Shown here one piece after another: positions 1 through 12,915 of a stretch of DNA of 52,138 nt. The position numbers and the translations under genes are program-made. Source of the stretch: Sarea resinae (taxonomy: Eukaryota); the NCBI GenBank assembly GCA_026026165.1, contig JAPEUD010000110.1, positions 1 through 52,138 on the forward strand, written 5' to 3'. The notes beneath the pieces were generated by a model. That model worked only from the letters and a program-made list of their open reading frames with translations, was not told the origin of the DNA and did no database searches. The first letter of the stretch is position 1. Each line of letters starts with the position of its first letter.

Positions 1-125
<125 letters not shown>

Positions 126-226
126 GTCCTACTATCAAATAGGACCAAAGAAGAGGAAGAGGAGGAAAAAAGAGAAGGGAAGCTAGACAAGGCTTTGACT
201 TGTATCTCTCGATCGACCAATCGATT

Positions 227-268
<42 letters not shown>

Positions 269-832
269 CCAAGATACCTATCTATATTACCGTTACGATT
301 GCCGTTCGTTCAGGAGAGATGACCTCTACCTACCTATTACCTACCTACCTACCTACCTACCTGTCTACTTATCCAACTAATTACCTCGAGTGATCAATAT
401 CTCTACATCATTGTGAGGGGCGTTGCTATAGAGTAGGTAGGCAAGTAGGTAGGCATAGCCTAGCCCCGACGAAGCCGGGTTATAGTAGGTAAGTAGTCGT
501 CTTTTCGGATAGGCTCACGTAGGAACGAACCGGTTGGCCGATTTACGGGACCTTACAATCATGTACACATCCACGCACATCCACGCACGCACGCACAGAC
601 AGGGGGTATGGAGTTGAGCATTGCTATTCCTTTTTGCTTATTGCTGTTGCATATCTGCCCACGGTGATGGCTATCACTACCGACCCAATCCCCCCCCCTC
701 CCCCCGGCCCCGGCCGCCTCACCAAAAGGGAAAACCCAAAAAACCTCAAGCAAAACTCTAGGGTATCAAACATAACCACCACCATCCATCCCTGACATGT
801 TCAAACATTCATTCAATCGACCAATCAATCAA

Positions 833-2028
833 TCAAGGAAAACCCCGACCCCGCCCACTACCGCGACTCCAACCCCAACCTTGACCTTGACTTTGGCCTC
901 GGCCGCGATATTGACCATGACTAATGCCACGGCCATTGGCGTGTCCTGCCCCTTCTGCAGCCTGCTCCTTGGCTGCATGGATTCTCGCTTCCAGCTCGTT
1001 TTGCGTCTGGGCGAGCCCGACGAGCCCGGACCTGCGGGGCTGGTGTGCGGGATATAGTATAGGGGCAGGAGCAGGGGCAGGGGCAGGGAGGCCAGGAGGG
1101 GGCCGAGTTGCTACGCACATAGATCCAGGCGTAAAAGCGGGTACGTCCGGACGCAGAGAAGATGGCATGATGGCTCTCTGCAGGCTGGCGGCCACGGGCG
1201 GCATGTAGCTCTGCTGGGTGGCGGATATCGGCACGGGGCAGGGCACTGGGGGTGGGTGCTGGTGCTGGTGCTGGTGCTGGAGGCATGGCACGTTCTGTTG
1301 GGACATCTTCTCCGCCATAAGGCGCTCCTCTCTTCGCTGCTGGGCCAAAGCGACGTCGGTGAGCACTGGATGCTGGATCGTGCTGGCCTGTATCGACGGC
1401 GTTTCACTGGTGCAGCTGTGGTTGTCGTCATCCGGATGGTCCAGGTGGTAGGAGATTGCCGGCTCTACATCTCCATAGGGCTCGTCGTCAGCCCAATGCG
1501 TGGGAAGGTGGTACACCGATCCAGTGCTATCTTCGTCGAGAACTTGGTCAAGAAAGACAGCATCGCTGTGCTGAATTGGCGTGAAAGCCGGTGTTGATGG
1601 GGAGGGGGCCGGCGTGCCGGCCGACGGAGACGGTGTCTTGCTCTCCGTGATGGACCTCGTGATGGGCTTCGCGGAGCCATGTGCTGGCGGTGAGCCCTTT
1701 AGGAACGAAGCGACCAGGGAGGGCTTGAAAAGGTCTGTCTGAGATATCTGAATATAGTCTGTATACGTCGGTGGGATAAGTTTGCTGGTGTCCCCGACAG
1801 GCCCTAAGGAGAGGAATCTATCAGGTGCTGAAGTCTATGGCATCTTCTCCACCGTTCCATCTGTAGGCAGAATGACTTACCCAAATCTGGACGGGGTTGG
1901 ACTGGCCGAGGCAAGTGTGAATCAAGGAGCCACCTTGCGCCAACAATATGCGGTATCTCTATTCCCGCTGGTGCTGGTGATAGATGCTTCAAGAAAAGCA
2001 GATCCCATTCTGGATGGTGGGACAACAT
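833..2028 (-). CDS. Hypothetical low-complexity (P/Q/G/R-rich) protein, spliced; 5' end uncertain, may extend to ~3330
   Basis: The 833..1516 frame stays open up to 1803. A GTAAGT...CTGAT...TAG intron (1880-1804) joins it in frame to the 1881-2028 exon (MLSHHPEWDLL...). The C-terminus has LRPDVPAFTP (PAM2-like) and an RG-rich tail. No family recognised. Confidence 0.45.
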
Positions 2029-4204
2029 CGTAGAAAATAGTCTTCGAGTCAGAGAGTGGGAGTAATAGAAATATAATATTAAAGAAAACTTCTCTGGGAG
2101 AAGCTCGCCGCACTGCTATTGCTTGGCTGGGATGAAAATTTGCACAGGCTTTCTATATCTTTACGATAGACCGATGCGTGAAGACTCCGAGATAGGCACG
2201 AATCAAGTCCCAGGAAAAAGAGTAAATAAGGGCGTATAGAGGAGGAGTTTTATAGCAAATAAGGATGGGCAACGACGAGGCCGAGCATACAGACCCCATT
2301 CTGGTGTAGTACGCTTCGAGGCGGCCCATTCTAAATGTGCACCAGCAATACCGAGAAGATATAGGCAGAAAGCACTCGCAAATAAAACTCCCATTTTAGC
2401 ATGGGACACTGGAAAGATAGGTGTTCGGGCTGAAAGGAATATAAAATGACCACCCGTTTAGGTGTAGTGGTATTGATCGATAAGGTAGCTTGCGTGCGCT
2501 CGAATATACATTCATACATGACCAGCCAATATCGACCCTGTTTTGGTGTAGTGCACTCGAAGCGCAGGCGTACTGAAAGAGGGTATGAGGAAACGCTCAG
2601 GAAGTTCATCATAGACATGTCTATGAGATTCGACGTGACCGAAATGAATATGGCTTGGCAGACTGTCGCAAAGCTGGCCTTTCATGGGCGCATTTCGCCA
2701 GAGCTGTGAAGTCGTTGGGGTCGGGCAGGGCCATCTGGGCTTCAGTGTACCTCTGGGTCTGCTTCCCGGGAGTTAACATCGCGCGATGCCAGTACTATCA
2801 TGGCAAGAAAAGGACAACTGCGCTGCGAGCCGCAAGCTTGGAGGATAATCATCATATTCTGCATCTTGAATGGGCAAGATGATCTTGCAGGTTTTCATCG
2901 TCGAACAGAGCGAGATAAGAAGAAGAAAAGCTGCTCAATCGGGCCTGGAGTCCAGTCGTCCATATCACATCCACGGACGCTTGCAGGAGGCCACAGGAAG
3001 ATACCGTACGATGCATTTCCGATCGTTCTGGTCCAGCTATAAGCGACGGCTGAGGACGAATAGAGTCAATAGACTCCATCGACGTTCGAAATATCATGAT
3101 GTTGAGTGTTCGATGAAGGTACACGAGTACTCGGAGTAGACGGTCGGGATCTGGAGGGGTAGTCAAAAGAAGGTCGTGATCGACGGCAGGGATTCCCTGT
3201 CCCGCATTCGGCAGATGCACCATCTTGCCCCTCTTCCAGCGAGTCCTCCTATCGGTCGCAGGGCGCAGAGACTGAATTGAGACGCCGAAATCATCTCTGG
3301 AGATCTCGGAGATACTCAGGTCTGTCATTGCTTCGCTTTCTTTAGTTTGTGCGTACAAAGACCTTAGCTTGTAATACTAACTTGATCTGCTAGAATCGTT
3401 GCTTAAGAGATAAGCAATAGAGGTAAGGATCAAAACAGGCCACTTTACTGTAGGAACACGATCTAGAGCAACATATAATTATAGTTATATAAAAGAATCT
3501 AAAAGGTTATTCTTTTAGTATTTACCTTGAATATGTTTACCTACCTACCTACTTAGGTACTTACCTTATATAGCAACAATTGTCAACCAGCGTAGGGAAC
3601 TGCACTCTCGGCACATTACGCAGCACTTATTACCAGTACGTGGCTACGTACTCTGGTGACCCCTTCTGGTACATTGTGCAAGTACCTCTGTACCTGCGCT
3701 CCTGACAATCATAGTAGATACCTTAGAATAGGATAGGATAAAATAAGATAGAATAATCAATCTTTCTAAGAGATGAAGAAGGTAGACAGATACATCTATA
3801 TATTGCGATATAATAGGGAGAGTAATAGATGACTTTAAATAAGATATTTGATATCTCTACTACCTACCTACTCTACAGTGTCGGCAGTACACATGCAGGT
3901 AGAGTTATGTCATCAACAACGTCAGGTCGGCAAGGTACAGAGTACTCCGAGTACATTTTATCTACGCAGTCTACTGAAGGGACCAAGTTTTGGCACGCCT
4001 AAAGCAGTAATTTGTATGATTTCAAATCTGATAGAAGAAGACAGTTGCAGTGCATCCTGAGCTCCCTGACTTCCCTCTCGCTCAGAGGCTCTGTTGCTGT
4101 TAGGCTCTACAGGCTCTAGGTTCTCTTCACCCGAATCAGCACCACGGCCAATTCATCCTACGCCATCGCCATCAGCATCTAAACGCGGCCGAGCGCAGAA
4201 TGAG

Positions 4205-5909
4205 ATGGCGAGAGCAATGCTGAGGACCGCTCAGCCGTGGTCATGTCGGGCCTCTGCCAATGGCCTTTCTCTGTTCAGCCCGATATCGTGCGTTGAGTCA
4301 AGGCTGCTGCATGGATGCCTTCTCTCAACCCTCAATGGGGCAATCAGTACCAACTGTTTGAAGGAGGGTCGAGGCCTGAGGTATTCCCATGGCTCGAGAA
4401 GTCCTCGGACGCTTTTCTTTTCATGGTGTGATCTCTCCGCTTTCTTCTTGGGGCTGGCTTGGCCTGGCCCGTGTGAAAATCAACCGTGCTGACTTGCAGA
4501 TAATGCTGCAGGAGGCAGACCCGGTCTTCGCGGTTAGGCTTGCTTCGTTGCGCTTCGTCTGTTCCGGGAGGAAACCCTGGCCCGGAGAAAGAGTGAGTGA
4601 TGATCTTTGCGGCTCGCACGATTCAAGAGCAATCCATTCCCTTGTTGAAAGTCCAATCGAGATTTGTGGCAGCAAGTTCGGCATCACGTGCCTCGTTCAA
4701 TTGGTGTTTTCTACTCCATGATCTTCCTCCTTGCTGTGCTTGTTCATTTTGCGCCAATGCGGTAGATGACGATGAGAGAGTTGTGGAATACACTGTAGTT
4801 GATTGACCAACCACTTCTAGACGCACCCCCAAAAAGCCTATCAAAGCAATCGCCTCTGTGCTTTCCTCACTCACCCCTCACGAGAACATCTATACGATCC
4901 CCAACATCCTCACTTTCTCACGATTACTCGCCGCTCCTGTGGTCGGCTACCTTGTGTTGCACGATCAGCATGCCTGGGCTGTCGGCCTCTTTGCCTACGC
5001 GGGGATCACTGATCTTGTTGACGGCTACATCGCCCGCAGATGGAAACTCCAGACTGTCGTTGGTACCGTTATCGATCCTATGGCGGACAAGATCTTGATG
5101 ACTATACTCACCGTCTGCTTGGCTGTCAAGGGAGCATTGCCCGGTATGTACCGCTTCTTTTTCCACGGTCCTCACATTATGTTATCGTCCTCTGTTTCCT
5201 CCATTCCTTCTTCGCGATCACAGCTTTTACCCGCTTCTCAACTTCAGGCCACGTGAAGTCTATGCTACACGTCTTTGAATCTGACACCACAATAGTCTGG
5301 CTCGCCCTTATAATACTCGGCCGCGATGCAGGCCTGGCCATATCAGCTGTCTACTACCGCTATATTTCACTACCCCCTCCAAAGACGTTTTCACGCTACT
5401 GGGACTTTTCCCTGCCCAGTGCCGAGGTTCATCCAACGACCATTTCAAAACTGAATACGGCTCTTCAGCTTGCCCTCATTGGTGTCACTACTGCCCAACC
5501 GCTGCTGATCGATTCCGCTGCTCTCGCCGCAGGCGATGGGGGGGCATTTGGGACGGGACTGATCGCTCTGCAGTAAGAATCCATCTTCCTTTCGCTCCTC
5601 GATCGTTTTTTACAATTGCCTTTGACTCTCGTTTCAATTTGCTGCTTCGCGCCAGCTGTCAACTTCAGCTCTTTTCGTTTGCGACAATCGTCCTACATAG
5701 CCAAAGATCGCCTTCTGTATAATCTTTTATCGAGCACCTTGCATAATTACAAGACAATAGCAGCTAAAAGCAATAGATACATCGTCGCAAGCACCACAGT
5801 CGCCAGCGGTGCCAGCTATGTCTTTTCCAAGGACGCCGTCAAAATCCTTACTACCGCCGAAGCCAACGAGGGCGCTGCAAAGAACAAATCGCCGAAAAGC
5901 TCGCGATGA
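4205..5909 (+). CDS. CRD1: Cardiolipin synthase (CDP-alcohol phosphatidyltransferase)
   Basis: ENIYTIPNILTFSRL, the CDP-alcohol motif DLVDGYIARR...GTVIDPMADK, and RYWDFSLPSAEVHPTTISKLNTALQ. Inferred exons 4205-4425, 4512-4592, 4821-5143, 5296-5572, 5777-5909, all GT-AG and in frame. The N-terminus resembles a mitochondrial presequence. Confidence 0.9.
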
Positions 5910-6462
5910 TGTTTTTTTACACAACGACAAGCAGACAGCATGGAGGATGTGGCATTTGGCATTTGGCATTTGGCATTTCTAGCACAGATGGGTATTCGCC
6001 CTGGAGTTTGTGACATGTGATACTCGATCTTCATCCCAAACCGAAGAGGGAAGAAGGGCTACTGAGATGAGTACTGCTGTATGGGGCCATCTTCCGTACA
6101 GCCAATGGTTGGTACACCTATAGTTATCTTATCTCAGCTGGTCAGCTCCCTGCTCTACTATCACGCATCTTACCTATTAGTCTCAGATCTTTCTGTGATG
6201 TTTAGCGGCCGTCTTAAAACAATGGAGACTCTTGATCATGCGACTTGCTTATGAGACTTTTTTCCAGCCAATGGCCGTTTTGCTGCTGGTTTCTCGACGC
6301 TTTCTAGGCTCACCTTGTCAATCAGGAGTGAGGAGCATGAATTGATTATGATATTGTTTGATCAAACTATAATGCCGACATCGTTATAGCTTAGAGATCT
6401 CGGAATTACACCCGAGAAGAACATGTACATTCAATATTGACGTTGAAGAGCACAAGCCTCCT

Positions 6463-7930
6463 TTACTGCTCTTCCCCAAACGGATAATTAAATTTTAACA
6501 GCCCGTTGAGGCCTCCAACCCAGCCATCATCGCCATTGGCTTCATGTCCCCCAGTGCCTCGCATGATACTCGGGACTCCGCCTTTCCATTGTCCGTCTGG
6601 GCGCTTGACCTCTTCGCCCCACACCCGGACTTCCATGCCGACGCCCACGCCCCTAGTCCGTCTGACGCCATCAATACTGACTTCGACCTCTCGACCACGG
6701 TTCTTTTCACTCAGCCGAAGCGTGACCTGGGTGTTTCCCGGGAGGACCAAAGGCCGGAAGCTCAGACTGCGCGGACAGATGGGCGTCAACAGCAAGGAAG
6801 ACACCAGCGGATGGACGATACTGCCCCCACTGCTTAGGCTGTACGCCGTACTTCCTGTCGGCGTGGAGATGATCATGCCATCTGCGACGGCTTCGGTCAG
6901 GAACCGGCCGCCGACAAAGACTTCGACGATCGCAAGGTGCGGCTCCTTTCCGCGATGGATGGAGATTTCGTTCATCGCGTAGATGTCGTTCTCGGAGGAG
7001 ACGGTGTTGTCGTCGCCGCTGATTCGTTCGCCGCGGGCGGAGAAGACGCCGACTTTCAGACGGTTCCGGAGTAAGACCCGAGCTCCTCGGCCGGGACCCA
7101 TTGATTTTCCCCGGAGAGATGACCAGTGGGTCGACGGGGGGGTCGCATTCCCCTGGTCAAGAGACGGCCGCTCTGGCTCCAGTAAGGAGCTGCCGTATCC
7201 CGCAGCGGCTCCGGACATATAAACTTCGCGGAAAGCGCGCTTGTATTCCTGAAATTTCCACTCTCCTAGGAATCCAAGAGTGCCCATACTAAAAGCCAAA
7301 ATGGGCGGTACGCTCGATGTAGAGGCGAAGAGGGAGGAGGCGTGAAGGATTGTCCCATCTCCTCCAAGCGTTGTAGTCAGATCGACCTTTTGCTGTACCT
7401 GCGCCATAGCGGTGTCCAGTGCAGCACCTGTGTTGTTCGCGCCAACCGCGTAGACGGGAAAAGGGAGTTCTTCATGAAGGTCGGAAGCCACATGGGATTC
7501 AAGAATGATGGACAACGATGGGTATGTAGTAGATATATGCCTGCTTTGCATATCAGCATTGCACCCCGAACTAGTAGGGTATTGCATACTTTGCGAATTC
7601 AATGACAGCATCTCTGACCGTGGGGACCCCCTCCTTCTTGACAATGAATATATTCCTCGGAGGGGCTGGCCATTGTAGAGAGAGTAGGTCGTTACTTTCA
7701 GTCTCTATGTCCCCGTTCCATCGGCATCAGTATCAATGATAGCGCAAGAGCTTCTTATGCAGATGCTTACCGTGGTATTTGGGCAATAGCCGATCCGGAA
7801 GCTCTGCGATGTCTCTGATCTCTCGCCTCGAGGCACTGCCGGAAAATGCTCGACTCCATCGCAGAGGAGCAACCCCAATAGTGGGCCAAGTAGAGAAGCA
7901 GGCTCTCTGCAGCCGACCTCCCACTATCAT
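6463..7930 (-). CDS. POS5: Mitochondrial NADH/NAD+ kinase
   Basis: TLGGDGTILH, FSMGTLGFL, MNE, DGMIISTPTGSTAYSLSSGG and PICPRSLSFRP motifs. Exons 7930-7771, 7704-7590, 7540-6463. Arg-rich presequence-like start. Confidence 0.92.
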
Positions 7931-8431
7931 CGCTGCATCAAGAGCTCGAAGTGAGAGCGAAAGCGGCGATCAGGGAGGGTGTTGCTCAACAGCATCAACC
8001 AGACGAGCTAGGAATCGAGCACTTTGTCGCAGCGCATTCTAGTTGTCGAGAATAGGATTCTGATAATGCAATGGCAGATACGAGAGTTTCATATGTTGCC
8101 GCGAGCTCCTCAAAGCACAGAGCGCATTTACGGGCAATAGAAGGAGAGAGCTCTGACATGGAACTGCTTTGAGTATTGACACTCACTCTACTGAGGTAGG
8201 GCATAATTACGAGTAACGTCACAAATCCAATCTAGTGAGCTCGGCTCTGATCACGATGATGATGGCGCGCGAACGTGAAAGAAACATCATTTCCGATCCC
8301 CGGCAGTACTACATATATCTGAGTAATCGATCTGCAGACACGTGCAACCTCATCCAGCATCGGTCTCAAATTGATCTTGACAGGCACTCTTTCTACAATA
8401 CAGTGCCCTCCTACTTCCAAGCAGGAATGCC

Positions 8432-10043
8432 ATGAGCGAGCTTCATCCAGCCCGCCATGGCAACCCTGCATTTGCTGCGGCCCCCGGCGGCGATGAAGAC
8501 GTCGATTCTGACGCTCGACAAAAAGAAGGCGTCCTCATTCGGCTGAAGACCAAAGAGGAGACTCGAGCGACTAATGAGACGGGTGAGAATGCGCCCTCGC
8601 GATTTGTGTCTCGTCACTGTAGAAAAGAAACATGCAATTGACAATTTTGTCTGTTCGCCAGTCGATTGCTACATACTCGATCTGCCCGCGAAGTTCGCAC
8701 ATGGCGTTTACAGGTACGGCTTTTGATTTCTTACAACGCGCATGAATTGATGATGACGACGACGCCGCAGCGCTCTTCGAACTGCCTTTCCAGATGATCG
8801 ATTCGACCTGCAGCATCTGAGACGATTCGCCAAACCAAGCTTCCTACCGCTTCATCTGAGACCTCTGTCATCTGTGCCGGCGAAACGATCGCATTCTCCC
8901 CATGAGACGTCCACGCCCAATGGAGCAGCCGAATCTGAAGCCGGACAGCCACTGCCAACAAGCCAGCAACCGCCCCTCCTGCATCTTCTTGTGGGGCCCG
9001 TAAAGAGCATTCCCCGGACGGGGCTGACCAACAAACTCATGAGCCTGGCCCCCTTCTCAGATGGATCCATGGCGATCAATCTCCGCACCGTGTCCGTGCC
9101 AGCCCTGGCGCCCACGGCCGAGGAGCAGGCCCAGCGCTGGAGTGAACAATACTGGCCCACTGTGTACAAAAAGACGAACCCATTCGGCCCGCAGCCGTCG
9201 GTCTGGGACCGCGCCGAGCGGGACATACTCCCAGGCGCTGGACGTTGGATGGCGCTAGCCGAGGCTGCGGGGCAGGCGGCCAAGCACGCGCGTACTGGTG
9301 AGCCCTTTGGCGCAGTCATCGTGGATAATACCCCGGACGGCCAAAACGCCGTTGCAGTGGCCGGCGACGCGCGATGGTGTGGCCCTGGGGCGGAACTGGC
9401 CAGCGGCAATGTCGCGGGCCATGCCGTGATGCGGGCGATTGGGATGGTGGCTCTGAAAGCCAAGCGCGCGAAGCAACAGGGTTCACGAAACGACCATGCC
9501 CAAACACCGCAATGCGGGAGCGATAGTCGCGAAGAAGGAGAAAAAGAACAAGAAGTCTCAAGGACTATCACCACCTCCTCAACGATCTTCCTCGACACCC
9601 CCCTGACCAGCCTCGAAGAGCGCTATTTCATGCTTCGCAACGTGTCCGATTCGGCGTATCTCTGCTGCGGGCAGGACATCTATCTCTCGCACGAGCCGTG
9701 TCTTATGTGCGCCATGGCAATCCTGCACTCGCGCTTTGAGCGCGTGGTTTTCGGGACCAGGATGCCGGGCACGGGCGGTCTGTGTGCTGATATGGTGGTA
9801 GGGGATGGTGGTGCTGATGGGGCCGATATGAAGACGGTGGATGGAGATAGAGATAGGGATGGGGATGCGAGAAAGGCGCACAGTCCAATACGAGGTCAAA
9901 GCCACCAAGGCCTAGGGCTAGGCTACGGACTCTTCTGGCTTCACGATCTTAATTGGAAGATGCTGGCCTGGCAGTGGCAGTGGCAGGATAGCGCGCGGCA
10001 TCCCGATTCCGTGACCGCAGGCAGTAAATTCCATAACGCCTGA
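8432..10043 (+). CDS. TAD3: tRNA-specific adenosine-34 deaminase, non-catalytic subunit
   Basis: DLQHLRRFAK, WSEQYWPTVY, GHAVMRAI (Val in place of the catalytic Glu), YLC..., HEPCLMCAMAILHSRF and LNW motifs. Exons 8432-8582, 8662-8713, 8771-10043. Confidence 0.9.
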
Positions 10044-11430
10044 GGATCTTGACGTTGTAAGGGTACGGGTCCTAAACAGGCTCTCGGACGGCTAAAGTAA
10101 TGGAGCGAAAAGATCTTCGTCATCCCGCATTTGGTCCAGTCACGTTGGCCGTCCGCCGTTGCTATATCAAGAACTTTGCTGATCACCTCTTATGAACAAT
10201 ATCTCCAGCACACGCATCTGTCTTCTGCTCTGTCGATCATTGTCTGTGAAATGGCTTATTCACGTAAATGTAGCAGAATAAGGTACAGAAAGAAGAACAG
10301 TCTTTGTGCTGGCGATGGCACTATGTCGCCTCAGAAGAAAGGGAAAGATATAAGAAAGGCATTGTTGATGCAACAGCAGGGTCAGTGGCAGCGCCATTAG
10401 CATTGCTGTAGAGAAACGCCTAAGACACCTCAGGCTTTGGATTTTAGAGGAAAGAGAGATAATAGATTATATAATATCCTTTACAAGCTTAAGAGGCTGT
10501 TTTACATGTAGCATTATACACTACCTAGAAGATTATATATCTAAGCACCTTTATATATATTAGTACTTATAGGTCTAGATTACTATCTTATTGCTTTCTA
10601 CCTCTTAACATCACCTTTCCTTCATCATATCACCCTCGCGCGAGCAGAGTGTAACTTCGTACGTCTCCCTCGACCCGCCATGCCTCTGTTTTAGACAGTG
10701 CTTTACATAGTTCTGTACCTCTGCCATTTGACAGATGGTCCTAGCCACGGCGTCAGAACTTAGCCCTGCTGATAGAGCCCTGATCCACGGTCTACTATGA
10801 GTAAGTGAACTGATCACTCTAATCCCCACGCGGGCTAGGCACCCTAAACTTTGGAGTGCCTGACCGTAGCATGAACAGAAATTTGGACTTAAGGGAGACC
10901 TTAGATACCATCCTTGAAAGTCACTCCACTTACATTCTACTATGGCACGCTACATAGGATTAGGCCTTGCACGCCAGCCGCGCAAGTCTTCTGATTCCCC
11001 TCCCTCCCGGTCGGCAGTGGCTTCATCTTGTTTTGCAGAGCACATACTGCAGAGATAATCTCCTTGTCGTTCTCAAATGGGACACGCTGCAGGAAAGAGA
11101 TAAGAGAACTCGGGCTGAGTCCCTGATCCCCTTCCGTCCTCGGCCAGCAAGCTCACTCTACCCGAATAAAGAGGCGGAGGAAAAACCCCGAACAAGAGCG
11201 ATATTCGATTGCAGAGTCTGACATCATCGCCCATCTAACAACTCGAGGCGTTGTCAAAAGACTCAAAAGACTCAAAGAGACTCCGGAGGAAAGTCTATCA
11301 ATTTCAATTGCATATTATCACAGCGTTCTTGCTTTTGACTGCGACCTCATTTCTTCAGCACTGAAGAGCTCTCTGCTTCGTCGTATATATTTGAGCGATC
11401 CGGCCCAGTGCCGGCATATATTTTTTCTAG

Positions 11431-12582
11431 ATGTCGGTCTCGACTTCAGATTCTAGACCTCCGTTGGAAAGGCGATCGACCACCGAGGGAGCTGAAGATC
11501 GTTATTTCGTTGTCAATCCGCAGCCGAAGGCTCTATCAGCGCATCGGTCGCAGGCCGAGGCGTTCATCAATCATCACCAATCAGGGGGACGCCGCGTAGT
11601 CTTGGTTACGTCAGGCGGCACGACCGTGCCTCTCGAAAATCAAACTGTACGATTCATTGATAACTTCTCTGCCGGCACTCGAGGTGCAACGAGCGCCGAG
11701 TACTTTTTGGAAGCTGGCTATGCTGTTATATTCCTGCATCGGCAATTCTCGCTGCTGCCCTACTCTCGGCATTACAGCCATTCTACCAACTGTTTCCTTG
11801 ACTTTATGCGCGAGAGCGACGATGGAGCCGTCATCGCCAATGAAAAATACCAATCAGAGATGCGCGCCGTGCTGAGAAAATATACGAAGGCCAAGCGTGA
11901 AAATACGTTGCTGCTACTTCCTTTCACGACGATTACCGACTATCTATGGGAATTAAAAACCATCGCAATGCTGATGCAGCCTTTGGGCGCCAAAGGAATC
12001 TTCTATCTTGCAGCTGCAGTCTCGGACTTCTTCGTGCCAAAGGACAAGATGGTCGAGCACAAGATCCAGTCATCCGAAGAGGGGAATCAGATGCAAAAGG
12101 ACAGCGCCAATTCCGGACTATCCAACGGGAGCCGGGCGGCTGCTGTTCACGTCGAGGGGAAAAAGTTGACGGTCGACCTCGATCCGGTACCGAAGTTCCT
12201 GAAGCGTCTCGTTACTAGCTGGGCCCCTGAAGGAATGATCGTGAGCTTCAAGCTCGAGACCGACCCTTCGATGCTTATAGGCAAGGCACAGCAAGCCCTA
12301 GATCGATATTCTCACCATCTCGTCATTGGCAATCTGCTCTCGACAAGAAAGTGGGAGGTAGTGTTCGTGGCGCCTGATACGCCAGCCAGGTGGATCCGAG
12401 TCCCCAGCCAGAGGCGGACCAAGAGTATGTCTGGCCAAGAGCAGCAGGCTGGGAATGTGGGGCAATCGAATGGAGATGTAGGGGGGGCAGAAGGGCTGGA
12501 AACTGATATCGAGATTGAATCCTTGATCGTTCCAGAAGTGGAAAAGATGCACACGAAACACATGTCGAAGTCGGAAAGCTGA
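11431..12582 (+). CDS. CAB2: Phosphopantothenate--cysteine ligase (CoA biosynthesis)
   Basis: Single 383-aa ORF with VTSGGTTVPLE, RFIDNFSAGTRGATSAEYF, YLAAAVSDFF, HKIQS and VSFKLETD. Confidence 0.95.
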   Translation: MSVSTSDSRPPLERRSTTEGAEDRYFVVNPQPKALSAHRSQAEAFINHHQSGGRRVVLVTSGGTTVPLENQTVRFIDNFSAGTRGATSAEYFLEAGYAVIFLHRQFSLLPYSRHYSHSTNCFLDFMRESDDGAVIANEKYQSEMRAVLRKYTKAKRENTLLLLPFTTITDYLWELKTIAMLMQPLGAKGIFYLAAAVSDFFVPKDKMVEHKIQSSEEGNQMQKDSANSGLSNGSRAAAVHVEGKKLTVDLDPVPKFLKRLVTSWAPEGMIVSFKLETDPSMLIGKAQQALDRYSHHLVIGNLLSTRKWEVVFVAPDTPARWIRVPSQRRTKSMSGQEQQAGNVGQSNGDVGGAEGLETDIEIESLIVPEVEKMHTKHMSKSES

Positions 12583-12915
12583 GAAGAAGCATCATTGGAA
12601 AACATGTACGAGTCTGTATCGAGTCTGTATCAAGTCAATACGTTGTTCAAACGCTAGGGTCGCCTTTCGCGATGCATGGTGGCTATAATCTGTGAAACAT
12701 CACGTATCACTATCTATTGGATTTTTATTTTGCCAGCCTCTAGTCAGGTTGATATTGTCAGTCCTCGCAGGTTCTACATCGATGTCACACTCATTGATGC
12801 ATGAAAAGCGCTGCACCTGGCGCATAGCTATCAATTGGGGTCGCTGCGATAGACACATGACTGGCAACAACGGTTACCCCCTAGCTTGAACTGGTTCAGA
12901 GTGACACTATGACAC

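Noticed and set aside
9410..9440. Missing catalytic Glu (HAV instead of HAE) suggesting a dead deaminase
   Set aside because: This is the normal feature of the Tad3/ADAT3 subunit.
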